Numbered from the stretch's first letter, positions 9,904-20,971 are shown. The stretch is DNA of 64,000 bases from Monocercomonoides exilis PA203 (GCA_001643675.2 LSRY02000024.1:620001-684000), one strand, 5' to 3'. Translations and numbers: made by a program. The notes: generated by a model not told the origin, from the sequence alone.

Positions 9904-12900
9904 ATGCGATCAACAGTTATATTTTTTACAGTTCTTGCACACATTTTTATCTATAATTCGCAGTCAACCGAACATTTCATCGAACAACAACGTGATGAAG
10001 AGTTCAAAAACGAGAAGATATTTGTTCATCCTCTGGTGCACAGATGTCTTAAAAATTCATCAGAGCATGAAGTGTATTGTAATAATTTATTGCAACACAC
10101 GAACACTTTCCAACCGAGCATCAGCGTTGGAAACACTGAAATTGAAGGAAAATCCGAAAAACACGATTTGCAGCATGATGTGAAGGAAAACAAAAGAAAT
10201 TATCGGACGATTGAACCAGAAATGTCAAGAGATTATCGGATGCGCCTTTTTAAAGAAATGTTGAAAGAACATCCCCAAAGCGAGATTGAGGGATGTGTTT
10301 GTGCATCAAACTCATCCATTGAGTTGAAGGAGATTGGGCTGGTTGGGGGTGAGCGCGGGGGTGTGGTACGTGGAAGGAAGGGGAGTGTGGTTGTGGTGAG
10401 GGGGTGTGTTGTGGGGATGAGGAAGGGCAATGAGGCAGGGGCATTTGATCTTTGTGGGAGCATTGGGATATTAATGAATATCACATTGAATGGATGGGGA
10501 AGAGGAGGAGAAATTTATTCAGGGAGGCTGTTTGGAGGGAGCGATGAAGGAGAAGGGAGTATTTCTGTGAGCGAATCTCACTTCTCGTATTTTTGTGTAT
10601 CATCAGCCCCATTCCTATCATCCCCTTCAATATCGCTAATATCCCTCTCACAACTGACATTTTTCAACATTTCAACAGCAAATGATGCATGTTCGCCTGC
10701 AACAACTACGTCAACCCAAATCACATGTCTGATGAGCAGCTGCTCATTTTCATCAGTCTGTGATGCGTTTGATGGCGGGATTGTTCCCTCTCTCAACAAT
10801 CCCTTGGCTTCATTGACTGCCTCAAACACATCTTTTATGAAATGTTGTCGGACAAGAAATGTTAAATGTGAAGGAACTGCAGAGGCACCATTGAAGCCAG
10901 ACAGACAGAATGATACATTCAATGGAGTAAATTCATTTATTTGGTGCGAGTGGAACGGATCGAGGACAACAGGAGAAAGTGATTCAGTTTCAGATGGGGT
11001 ATCTTGCGGAGGAGCAATTTACATGTACAATCTCAATTCTGGAGAACTTTCTGTATCTCATTGCCTGTTTAATAATTGCTTTGCATACAGCCGTGGAGGT
11101 GGAATTATGTGCTATAATATTAAATCTGTTGAGATTGTGGACAACACCTTCAATTCATGTGTTGCACAAAATCAATATGGAGGGGGATTGTGTGCTGTAT
11201 TAATTTCAACATGTGTTCGGATCCGCAGATGTGAATTCCAGAATTGTAAAACATATAGCTATGGAGGAGGACTTTATCTTGATAATTTTCATATTTCAGG
11301 AATAGACTGCATTGAAGTTGAAAATGGGGAAGGAGAGAGTGCGTGCGTGATTGACTGCAGTTTCGCTTCATGCTCAGTCACGAATTATTATGGAGGAGGG
11401 ATGTGTTGCGTTGCTGTTCCTGCACCACAATTCAAAATGAGAAGCATTCAGTTTATCTTGTGTTCTGCAATGGAATATGGAGGAGGATTGTATTTTAATC
11501 CAAATCGAGCAACAGCATACAATGATATTATTTATTGCTATTTTTTGTTTTTTCATGAATGCTGTTGCAGGGATGCAGCCAATCCACGTGGACATGACGT
11601 TGAATATGTTGATTATTACAATCTTTATTTGAATTCTGGAAATCCATTATATGAATGCTACACCACAAACACAAATGAACAGAGAATATGCTATGCATAC
11701 AACTTCTTGAATGCAAATGCCTGGACATATGATCAAACATCAAAAAAGAATTGGCTGAAGGACAAGTCGATTTACGTTTCAGTGAGTGGAAATGACTTGT
11801 ATGAGTTATGCGGGTCAAATGAGTCGAATCCGTGTCTAACGGTGAAGAAAGCTTTTGAGATGAGTGAGGTGCAGATTAGCTTGGCAATCACGTTGATGGA
11901 AGGGAATCACATAAGTGAGACAACAACAGTTGCAATTGGAACAAAGAAGATTTCAATCATTGGGAAAGGGAGGACGAAGAGTTCGATTGGAACAGGGGCA
12001 CTTTCATCGATAAGAACGCTGTTCAGTGTGTCAACAGGTCATCTTGGTTTATTGCACATGAAGATTGATTGTAACTCAAATTCAAGTCCTTCGCCGAGTG
12101 TGGTTGTGGTGTCTGATGGGAGTGGATCACTTTCATTGGAGGATGTTGTGATCACCACGAGTAAAACAGGAGACTATGTGATGTCTTCGTCAGTGTTTGT
12201 GGCGCCGCTGTCGCAGCTGTTGATGACCGATGTGGAGATCATTAATATGAATGTCTCAAAATCATTGTTCTCTGAGCCTGATATATCATCATCTTTTTCA
12301 TCCTCCTCATCCACGCTGTTTTTGACATCCACAGCATCTGGAGAGAGTATGTTGGCGAATGTGAAGGTAACGAATGTGAAGTTGACTGAAGGAGATGGGG
12401 TTGTTGTAGCAAAGAGTGTGAAGGCTGGAGAGACGTTTGTGGTCAAGAATGTGACAATCGAAGATTGCGAGTGCAAGGCTGGAAGTGGTGGTGGGATCAA
12501 GGTCGAGTTGGAATCATCTTCAAGCAAGTTGCGGGTGGGGAGTTCAACAGCCGCTGCAAATGAAGAGACAAAATTGAACAGATGCAAGTGCAGTGGAAAT
12601 GGAGGAGGGATTATGCTGCATCTGACAGATGGCTCGCACGACTTCTCGATCGTGTCTGTGGACTTTACAGGCTGCACTGCGAAATCTGGGGGAAATTATG
12701 TGTTTGTGAATGGGGGAGATTCTGAGAACTGGGGGATAACAACAGAAAAGCTGAAAGGTATCCAGGGCATATCAACATTAAAGGAACTGGTGGGATATGA
12801 CACAGATGACACAACCATGCTGCAATTCCCGCTTAATGTGTTTCTGGACTCACATACTGGTGCAGCGCACGTGGGCAAAAAGAAAGATGGTATTCTGGGG

Positions 12901-15900
12901 AGATACGACTCGTGGTTCTGTGGGTTTGCTTATTATCCTTGTGCCACCATCACCCACACCGCGCAGGTGCGATTTTCAGGGGGAAATAAAAAAATCGAAT
13001 TGGATCCAGAATTCGTGCTTGCCGAAAAGGTTTCCATGGCCGATTCCTTTGAATGGGAGATTTCATGTGCCACAAAAGGAACGGTAGTTGAGGTGAAGGT
13101 GCCAACCACTTTTGAATCTGAGAATTTCTTGATCGATGTGCAAAGCAGATGCTCGATTAGAAAGATTAAATTCAGCATTCCATCTGCTCTATCCAGTGAA
13201 TCTGCACTGATATCTGCACACTCGCCATCGTTCAATATCACAGACTGCTCGGTTGCGAGTTCGCCAGGCAGTGCTGTTGGCCAATCGATTGGATACAGCT
13301 TTGTGAAAGCGTTTGCGGGAAAACTGAGAATGGAGCAATTTGAAATCAGAGAAGGTCTGAGATTTGATGGGCATTCGTTGGTTGAGTTTGTGGGAGGGGT
13401 GAGTGTTGTGTATTTCAAAGGATGCAACGTAGCAAACGTTAGAAAGATCAATGGAGACGGGGGGCTGATAAAAGGAGCAGTTGGAACACAGTCTGGGGAA
13501 GGAGAGGGAAAGGTTGGGATTGTTGTGATTGAAACGTGCACTGTGATAAACTGCAACTGCCAAGGGACACCACAAGAGATTGGAAAAGGAGGAGGGATAT
13601 GCGTGAGCTTGGATGGAGATGGAAGTGTTGTTGTGAATGGGACGAGCACAATCGATTCATGCGAGGCGAAGAACAACGGAGGAGGAACCAAAGGAAGAGG
13701 CGGAGGAATGATGCTGACAATGGCGAGTCCGAACTGCAAGATGGAAATTGCGGAAAATGTTAAGTTTTCATCGACATCTTCAACGCAAAATGATGCACAA
13801 TATGGAAAGGATTTGTTTGTTTGCTGCGATTCTGGGATTTTTCTTGAGTCAAAGGTGAATGCAAACTCTTTCAAATTTTTTGATAAAAGCGCCATTCCAT
13901 CGGATGAATTGAAGTTTTGCGGGAGCGAGGATGGGGAAGATGAGAAAGTGATTCCGCTGTTTGTGTATTTGTTCTCAATCGGATCGAAGTTGACAGTCGA
14001 TGGGAAAGGAGAGGTGGCATTGGATCACAGCTGTTGTGGATTTGAGAAGTTTGGGTGCCAATCAATTGATTATTGTGTGACCAGTCGAGTAAAGAAAAAC
14101 ATGCAGACAGTTGAAGTTTCTTCTGAATCATCAATAGAAAGTGAAATGAAAGTGGTTTCATTTGATGTGAGTTTGACAGGAAAAGAAATACAAGCAGGAG
14201 AGAAGATGAAAGTTGAGGTGAAGGATGGAGGGGAAATAAATCAAAATGGGCTTATTGAGTGCACAAAATCATTTGAAATGACTAATTTGGCATTTGTAAT
14301 GAACAAAGTTATCAATGGAAGGAGGACTGCATTTGTCCATTCTTCGACATCAACAATCACGATAACAAGCTGTTCTGTCGCGTTTTCAAGGGATGCATTA
14401 GCTGATGAAAAGATTGGATACAACATCCTGAACATTGAGGGAGGAGAACTGATTGTTGATGGATTAATGATGGAAATTGTAGAAACACTGAAGATGAATG
14501 GGAAGTCGCCAATAGCAATAACCAATGGAGAGAAATTGGACATCAAGAACAGCAGAGTGAGTGGAGTGACGGTGGAAGACGGGAGCGGAGAAGGAAGAGG
14601 TTGCATTGGTGCTGGGATAGAAGAAGGAGGAAGCGCAGTTGTGGATAACTGCAGCATTTCAACAATATGCACAGGTGGAGGTGGGATGAAAGGAGGAGGA
14701 ATGATGATTTCAGCTGAGGATGAAGGAAGAATAGAGATTAAAAGCGTGGCATTCACGGGATGCGAGGTGCCAAGAGAGGACAACTCACAGAAAGGAGGAG
14801 GAATGGGAGGAGGGATGTTTGTTCGATTGGCAGATCAACAGGAATCATTTAAGATGGAAGGAGTGACATTCAGCGGGTGTAATGCCTGGAAAGGGAAGAA
14901 AGTGTTCATATCGGGAAATGAACTGGACGAGGTTATGTCAAACGAAAAACTGAAATGGGGATTGAGTGCAAATGATAAGAATTCCTTGGATGAGCTGTGT
15001 GGATGGGAGAGGATGACAACAGGAGAGGAGGGATATGTGATTCCACTTGTTGTGTATTTGTGGACGAACTGGAGCAGGGATGGGTTTGTTTCGAGAGAGA
15101 AAGGAGGAGACTTTAGTGGATGCGGGTATTCAGAAGCACCATGCTCATCGATTGAGCACTTGATATCACTTCGACATCCAACACTTGGAGGAGGGGAAAC
15201 ACATATTTCCATTGTGGGATCAGGGTTGCTGAGCCATTCCATATCGTTCTTGTCTTCGTTGCCAACTTCACCAGATTCAGAGGCGCCAGCAGTTGTGATA
15301 AAAGGGACAAAGAAAGGGACAGGGGTTACGATCAGTGACGAAGATGAGAATGATTTGGATGAAGGTTCAATGATATCGTCGAATGTGAGCCTGTCATTTG
15401 TGAATGTGTCATTCACAAAACCCAGCATCATTGCTCATCATGAAGTGTTCATTGATTCTTCTGGAACAAATACACTCTTGTCTATCACTGACTGCTCATT
15501 TGGTTCGTTGAAATGGCTGACAGAAACGATAGGATATTATTTGATGAGGGTGAATGGAGGGAGTGTTGCAATTGAGAGATGTTCATTGAGTCTGATTTCT
15601 GATTTGAAAGGGTTCATCAGTTTCAGCCCAAGTGCGAGCCAGGTGACTGTTCAGAATGTGAACATTTCATTTGCTTCCGTGAAGGAGAGAAGCTTGATTT
15701 CGATGATGGAAGAGGAAAGCCAGATGAATGGAAAGGAAAATGAATTTTCAAATGGGAACAGACCAGTTTTGAGTGTTGTTGGGTGTTCATTTGCGAACAT
15801 CACGAATGAAGGAAATGGAGCGAGTGTTGTTGATGTGGGATCATTTGAGGATGGAGTGGAGTGTGTGATGGATGAGTGTTCGATGTCGAGTTGCAAGAGT

Positions 15901-18840
15901 GGCTTAAGCACAGAAGGAGGAGGAATGAGAGTTGTGCTGAAAAGCGGAGAATCAGTCTTGAAAGTGAATGGGAGCACATTTTCGATGTGCAAGTGCTCGA
16001 GTGAGACAGGGTGTGGAGGAGGGCTGTTCATTGATGGGTCTGACCCGAATGCGAATTATGGAAATGAAAGTCAGATTCCGCCTCTGAATTTCAAGATTGT
16101 GAATATCCTATTTGATATGAATGAGGCACATGTGGGAAAAGACATATTTGTCAGATGCCACTCGATTGCTCACCAGATCAACGAAACACTATTTGCGTTG
16201 AACTTCAACCAGGAATCATTGGACTCAAACAACTCGATCTGCGGGAGGGATTTAAAAGGGAATACTGATATGGATCTGATTCCGCTGATCACATATTATT
16301 ATTCGGCACAGGTGTTTCTAAGTGCAACAGGGAGTGACAGCAGACGATGCGGGTCTCGGAGCTATCCATGCATGAGCATCAACTGTGGGGTTGATCACAT
16401 TCAGGAAGGGGTGATGAATGCGATTCTGATTGATGGGGAAGGGCTTGTGACAAAGGAATGTGCGATTGGAGACCTGGTTGTGAATTCATTCAAAAAGACA
16501 CAGGCAGTTGTTAGGTTGAAATCTAAGTTTGAGAAATCGGCAGAGAAGGATTGCATCATGGAGTTTATTAATGAAAGCTCAATTGAGAGGTGCTCATTCC
16601 AGTTTGAAGATTCTTTTGAATCAACTCACAATTGCCTTTTGAAAGTGAAGAACGGAACAATGGAAATCAAAAAATGTGAATTCTTCTTTTCTTCTGATAA
16701 ACTGAAGTTGAACAGTTCAATTGTGAGTGTGGAAAGTGGAGAGTTGAAGATAACAGAAGCAACATTCAGGGACATTCATTCTACAAGATCGGTGCTTTTA
16801 TTCAACAAAGAATCGAATGTCACATTGCTTGAAACAATTATTTCAAATATCGAATGTGAGGGAGATGTTGTGAGTGTTGGAAGAAAAGCGAAAGTGGCGA
16901 TGAAGATCATGACGATTGAGAATGTGACACTGCTGACGAATGGGTGTGCCATTGAGATGGAAGATGCTGAGCAAGGTGTGAGTGTGCTGAACTGCTCATT
17001 TGGAAGGTGTGTGAATCCGGTTGATAAAGGAAGCATGATGCAGATAAGAAATTCCAAGGAAGTGAGGGTTGAGATATGTGTGTTTGATGGAGAAAAAGAA
17101 ATTGAGTTTATCAATGAAGGAAACAAAATAAAAGAGGGATTATGCAAATGGAATGGATCATTGGTTGATGTTGAAAACAGCAATGCGGAGATGAGGGAAA
17201 CAACAATCAGAAACAGCAATGCAGGTGGATTGTGGGTGAGTGGAGGAAGTTTAATGATTGAAAAAGGAGAATTTGAGAACAACAACCCAGAGATTGAAGG
17301 ATATCCATCAGCTCGAAGGAATGTGATTTGTGAAGGGAATGGTGAGTTGAATGTTGTGAGTGTGAAAGGGGGAGATGGATGGGAAAGAAATACTTCATTG
17401 TGGATATTGGACGAAGGATGCGAATTGGGAGGGATAGCGAGTGAAAGAACATCATCATTTTTCATCCCGGTCTTGGAAGAAGTGAAGAACACAACACAGC
17501 CAACAGGAGAAATGGAACTGATCATTCATGGGAAGCTGCTTCTTCCATGCAATCTGTCAGTGAAGATAAGCATGAAGGATGGGGATGTTGAGCTTTCACA
17601 CACAAACATGATTGCAGAAGATGGGTATATATCAGAGAGCGAGGTGCATTCGGTTATCTCATCTGAAGTGCTGAAAGAGATGGAGAAGAAAACAGAAGTG
17701 AGTGTGTGCATTGTGTTTGGAAAAGACAGATCATCATGTTCGAATGGAATTGTGGTGGTGAATAAGAGTGAATCACAATCAAAAGGAGATGACAACATCG
17801 ATGAAGGAGGAGACAATGTGAATAAAGGAGGAACAAACAATGAATGGAGCTTGATTGTGATTGTTGTGTTGGGTGTGTTGCTTTTGATTGTTCTGATTGG
17901 CTTTTCATTCATTGTTGTGCTTTTGAGAAAGAAACTGAGAGAATCAGAAAGGAATGTTAAAAAAGAGAGAATGGAAAATGAGGAGATAATGAGAAAGATT
18001 GAGAGGAGAAGAAGAGAGGGGAATGGAGGGAGCTTTGAGATGAGCGAGATGCCGTCGACTTTGCTGGAAGGGATGACAAGCCAAATTCCACTTCTGATTG
18101 ACAACGATGAAGAAGATCTTCCAGATCCTCCACCAATGACTGATGGAGAGCTGAATGAGAATGATCATCCAGATTTGGAATCTCCATTACCTTTTTCTGA
18201 GGATGGTTCTGTTCCTGGAATGCTACAATCTCATTCATTGAATGTGATATCAGCAAAGAAGCCATTTCGAGAGAAGGAGAAAAAGAACCTGAAAACGTTG
18301 CATTCGATGATTCATTCAGTTCAAGGTGATTTCACACTGGGAACAAGAGCTATGAATGTTGTTGATGGGAAGGAGGTGGTTTTGGCAGTGGCAGAGCTGT
18401 TTGAGCATTTGATTTCAGTTGGAGACGAAAGGGTAGAAATGATGGGGAAACAATTGTGTCCATATACGATCTTTGTTGAGGATGGAAATAATGAAATGTT
18501 TGTTTTGAGAGAGGAATTGGAGGATGGAAAGGAGAAAGAGGAAATGAAGCGATGGAGTGCACCAGAAGCGGGAAATGAAGATGATGGAATCGAAAAAGCA
18601 GTTGTTTTCGCACTTGGACTGATTCTGCATGAAATGACAACAGGAGAAGTGCCATTGAGCGAGTGTGATGCGGAGGAAGCGCAGGAGATGATGAGGGATG
18701 GGGTGCGACCTTTGACAGAAGGAATTGAAGGAGAAGATCTGGTTGAGCTGATGGAGAAGATGTGGGTGGATGAGCCAGATAGCAGGCCGAGTTTGGCAGA
18801 AGCGAAGAAATGGATAAAGAAAATGATAAATGAAGGATGA
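9904..18840 (+). CDS. Giant single-pass surface receptor-like protein (2,978 aa): beta-helix/Pmp-like ectodomain plus C-lobe-only pseudokinase, paralog A
   Basis: Intronless ORF with an N-terminal hydrophobic signal and repeated GGAI/GGG(I/L/M)...F.xC motifs. It also has repeated CG....PC.(T/S)I modules, a TM helix WSLIVIVVLGVLLLIVLIGFSFIVVLL (~17845-17925), and cytoplasmic RWSAPE..VFALGLILHEMTTGEVP..RP..W..EPDSRPS (kinase subdomains VIII-XI) without a Gly loop, VAIK, HRD or DFG. Confidence 0.9.
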   Translation: MRSTVIFFTVLAHIFIYNSQSTEHFIEQQRDEEFKNEKIFVHPLVHRCLKNSSEHEVYCNNLLQHTNTFQPSISVGNTEIEGKSEKHDLQHDVKENKRNYRTIEPEMSRDYRMRLFKEMLKEHPQSEIEGCVCASNSSIELKEIGLVGGERGGVVRGRKGSVVVVRGCVVGMRKGNEAGAFDLCGSIGILMNITLNGWGRGGEIYSGRLFGGSDEGEGSISVSESHFSYFCVSSAPFLSSPSISLISLSQLTFFNISTANDACSPATTTSTQITCLMSSCSFSSVCDAFDGGIVPSLNNPLASLTASNTSFMKCCRTRNVKCEGTAEAPLKPDRQNDTFNGVNSFIWCEWNGSRTTGESDSVSDGVSCGGAIYMYNLNSGELSVSHCLFNNCFAYSRGGGIMCYNIKSVEIVDNTFNSCVAQNQYGGGLCAVLISTCVRIRRCEFQNCKTYSYGGGLYLDNFHISGIDCIEVENGEGESACVIDCSFASCSVTNYYGGGMCCVAVPAPQFKMRSIQFILCSAMEYGGGLYFNPNRATAYNDIIYCYFLFFHECCCRDAANPRGHDVEYVDYYNLYLNSGNPLYECYTTNTNEQRICYAYNFLNANAWTYDQTSKKNWLKDKSIYVSVSGNDLYELCGSNESNPCLTVKKAFEMSEVQISLAITLMEGNHISETTTVAIGTKKISIIGKGRTKSSIGTGALSSIRTLFSVSTGHLGLLHMKIDCNSNSSPSPSVVVVSDGSGSLSLEDVVITTSKTGDYVMSSSVFVAPLSQLLMTDVEIINMNVSKSLFSEPDISSSFSSSSSTLFLTSTASGESMLANVKVTNVKLTEGDGVVVAKSVKAGETFVVKNVTIEDCECKAGSGGGIKVELESSSSKLRVGSSTAAANEETKLNRCKCSGNGGGIMLHLTDGSHDFSIVSVDFTGCTAKSGGNYVFVNGGDSENWGITTEKLKGIQGISTLKELVGYDTDDTTMLQFPLNVFLDSHTGAAHVGKKKDGILGRYDSWFCGFAYYPCATITHTAQVRFSGGNKKIELDPEFVLAEKVSMADSFEWEISCATKGTVVEVKVPTTFESENFLIDVQSRCSIRKIKFSIPSALSSESALISAHSPSFNITDCSVASSPGSAVGQSIGYSFVKAFAGKLRMEQFEIREGLRFDGHSLVEFVGGVSVVYFKGCNVANVRKINGDGGLIKGAVGTQSGEGEGKVGIVVIETCTVINCNCQGTPQEIGKGGGICVSLDGDGSVVVNGTSTIDSCEAKNNGGGTKGRGGGMMLTMASPNCKMEIAENVKFSSTSSTQNDAQYGKDLFVCCDSGIFLESKVNANSFKFFDKSAIPSDELKFCGSEDGEDEKVIPLFVYLFSIGSKLTVDGKGEVALDHSCCGFEKFGCQSIDYCVTSRVKKNMQTVEVSSESSIESEMKVVSFDVSLTGKEIQAGEKMKVEVKDGGEINQNGLIECTKSFEMTNLAFVMNKVINGRRTAFVHSSTSTITITSCSVAFSRDALADEKIGYNILNIEGGELIVDGLMMEIVETLKMNGKSPIAITNGEKLDIKNSRVSGVTVEDGSGEGRGCIGAGIEEGGSAVVDNCSISTICTGGGGMKGGGMMISAEDEGRIEIKSVAFTGCEVPREDNSQKGGGMGGGMFVRLADQQESFKMEGVTFSGCNAWKGKKVFISGNELDEVMSNEKLKWGLSANDKNSLDELCGWERMTTGEEGYVIPLVVYLWTNWSRDGFVSREKGGDFSGCGYSEAPCSSIEHLISLRHPTLGGGETHISIVGSGLLSHSISFLSSLPTSPDSEAPAVVIKGTKKGTGVTISDEDENDLDEGSMISSNVSLSFVNVSFTKPSIIAHHEVFIDSSGTNTLLSITDCSFGSLKWLTETIGYYLMRVNGGSVAIERCSLSLISDLKGFISFSPSASQVTVQNVNISFASVKERSLISMMEEESQMNGKENEFSNGNRPVLSVVGCSFANITNEGNGASVVDVGSFEDGVECVMDECSMSSCKSGLSTEGGGMRVVLKSGESVLKVNGSTFSMCKCSSETGCGGGLFIDGSDPNANYGNESQIPPLNFKIVNILFDMNEAHVGKDIFVRCHSIAHQINETLFALNFNQESLDSNNSICGRDLKGNTDMDLIPLITYYYSAQVFLSATGSDSRRCGSRSYPCMSINCGVDHIQEGVMNAILIDGEGLVTKECAIGDLVVNSFKKTQAVVRLKSKFEKSAEKDCIMEFINESSIERCSFQFEDSFESTHNCLLKVKNGTMEIKKCEFFFSSDKLKLNSSIVSVESGELKITEATFRDIHSTRSVLLFNKESNVTLLETIISNIECEGDVVSVGRKAKVAMKIMTIENVTLLTNGCAIEMEDAEQGVSVLNCSFGRCVNPVDKGSMMQIRNSKEVRVEICVFDGEKEIEFINEGNKIKEGLCKWNGSLVDVENSNAEMRETTIRNSNAGGLWVSGGSLMIEKGEFENNNPEIEGYPSARRNVICEGNGELNVVSVKGGDGWERNTSLWILDEGCELGGIASERTSSFFIPVLEEVKNTTQPTGEMELIIHGKLLLPCNLSVKISMKDGDVELSHTNMIAEDGYISESEVHSVISSEVLKEMEKKTEVSVCIVFGKDRSSCSNGIVVVNKSESQSKGDDNIDEGGDNVNKGGTNNEWSLIVIVVLGVLLLIVLIGFSFIVVLLRKKLRESERNVKKERMENEEIMRKIERRRREGNGGSFEMSEMPSTLLEGMTSQIPLLIDNDEEDLPDPPPMTDGELNENDHPDLESPLPFSEDGSVPGMLQSHSLNVISAKKPFREKEKKNLKTLHSMIHSVQGDFTLGTRAMNVVDGKEVVLAVAELFEHLISVGDERVEMMGKQLCPYTIFVEDGNNEMFVLREELEDGKEKEEMKRWSAPEAGNEDDGIEKAVVFALGLILHEMTTGEVPLSECDAEEAQEMMRDGVRPLTEGIEGEDLVELMEKMWVDEPDSRPSLAEAKKWIKKMINEG

Positions 18841-19432
18841 AGCTGAGTGAAAAATATCACAAAAAAAATGTTCACAAATAAATAACATTTCACCCCCAAA
18901 TATTTTATTGCAAAATTGTGTTGCTTGATACATGGTGCAATAGGTGCAATATGTGCAAAAGGTGCACTTTGCTCGAATTGTGCGATTGAAATTTCAAAAA
19001 TTATAAATGAAACGTGGAATAATTATCACACACGATCTCTATGGTTGCTTTAATGACATATCTGTGTGCGAAAATGTTTATGTATTATCGAACGATAGAT
19101 TTTCACATTCAATGCAGCATGGATGATTCTCATTTCACAACACTTCGGAATTAATTTTTATTGTGTTTCCATTTTCATCTTTTTATTTTATTTTTAATTC
19201 CATTAAATTTTTTTGTTATTCTATTAAATAATTCGATGAGAATAAATTAACCCAAAAATATTTTTAACAAATATTTATTGTTTTTATCAATTTATTTTTT
19301 TTTTGAATTTATTTTATTATATGGGACGTTATCTTTAGCTTTCAAAATATAGTTCCACTCAACATTTTTGAATTTTTTTACGATATTCAATAATTTTTTC
19401 TGACACTTTTTTTTGGTACGGACATGTTTGAA

Positions 19433-20444
19433 TAGGGTCAACTTTTTAATGGGACTTTTTTCTTTATTGGCACTTTTTTTGTTTTTGCATGCCAATCATT
19501 CAAAAAAGCTAGATGGACCTCAACACTCGGATGAATGTGTTTATAAAACAAATACATTAAATTACCGGTTTGTTTTTTATATTTTGTTTATTTTTCGTAG
19601 AGATGCAGCAATTTTTTATTTATTTTGAAGTGATTTTTTACAGCCGAGGAAGCATTTCACAAAAAACTGAAATATATTTTTAAAAACTACAAGCATTATC
19701 CTTTTCATATTCAAAATCTTAAGTTTAACAACTTGTTTTTTTCTTGATTTTTTCACATTTCAATTTTTTATCAACATGCGAATACAATTTTAAAAATTTC
19801 TTTGTTATTAAAATGAAGTGTTAAAAATAAAAATATGATATGAAAAATGCACACTCGAAAAAAGAAGTATGAAAAAGGTTGAACATTGAAATTTTCTATT
19901 TGCATCAAATAAATCAAAACAAAATAAGTTTGATCTCAGATCATTCAATGTTGTGACAATTCACCTGTTTGAGACAAAAAGAAAATTTCAATGTTCAACC
20001 TTTTTCATACTTCTTTTTTCGAGTGTGCATTTTTCATATCATATTTTTATTTTTAACACTTCATTTTAATAACAAAGAAATTTTTAAAATTGTATTCGCA
20101 TGTTGATAAAAAATTGAAATGTGAAAAAATCAAGAAAAAAACAAGTTGTTAAACTTAAGATTTTGAATATGAAAAGGATAATGCTTGTAGTTTTTAAAAA
20201 TATATTTCAGTTTTTTGTGAAATGCTTCCTCGGCTGTAAAAAATCACTTCAAAATAAATAAAAAATTGCTGCATCTCTACGAAAAATAAACAAAATATAA
20301 AAAACAAACCGGTAATTTAATGTATTTGTTTTATAAACACATTCATCCGAGTGTTGAGGTCCATCTAGCTTTTTTGAATGATTGGCATGCAAAAACAAAA
20401 AAAGTGCCAATAAAGAAAAAAGTCCCATTAAAAAGTTGACCCTA
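19433..20444. repeat. Long near-perfect inverted repeat (465-bp arms, 82-bp spacer); probable foldback element
   Basis: 19433-19897 is the reverse complement of 19980-20444 (sum 39877; ORFs 19413-19628(+) and 20249-20485(-) share the same peptide). Ends are TAGGGTCAAC...GTTGACCCTA. Confidence 0.9.
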
Positions 20445-20613
20445 ATTAAGATATGAAAGCCGAAAAAATTTGAAACAAATTGCATTTTAATTCAAAAATG
20501 CACAACTATTTCCACAAATGTGTTTTTGTTTGTTTTTTTATGATTTCTTAACATTTTGTCGTATTTTTCTATAAGCATCATAAAACGAATTTTTTCAAAC
20601 TTTTTAACAAATA

Positions 20614-20971
20614 CAGCTATCGCATAAAATACAGGACAAGATCGATTTCACAATAACCGCAAGAGGAATAATTCTGACAATTTTCCTCAAAATACATATT
20701 GTTATTGCTAAGTCATTTGATATATAAGACTTTCAAAACTTCCTCGTATATGCTCAGAAAAAATATATATCGAAATCTCGGTAAAATGGGATTTTGAGTT
20801 TCTCCGAAATTTTAATAATAATTTTATCTGAGCACTTATGAAACTATTTTGAAAGACTCGTTTATCAAATGAATTTGTATTAACGAGATGTATTTTGAGG
20901 AAAATTGTCAGAATTATTCCTCTTGCGGTTATTGTGAAATCAATCTTGTCCGGTATTTTTTGCACAAACTG
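20614..20971. mobile_element. MITE family B, copy 2 (best-preserved termini)
   Basis: TA|CAG...CTG|TA (TA at 20612-20613 and 20972-20973). Almost entirely palindromic, 358 bp. CAG termini with a TA TSD are typical of Tc1/mariner-derived MITEs. Confidence 0.85.

Noticed and set aside
12174-18933. Many long antisense ORFs over the giant genes (also 50222-51577)
   Set aside because: These are shadows of the sense-strand codon bias, with no independent motifs.
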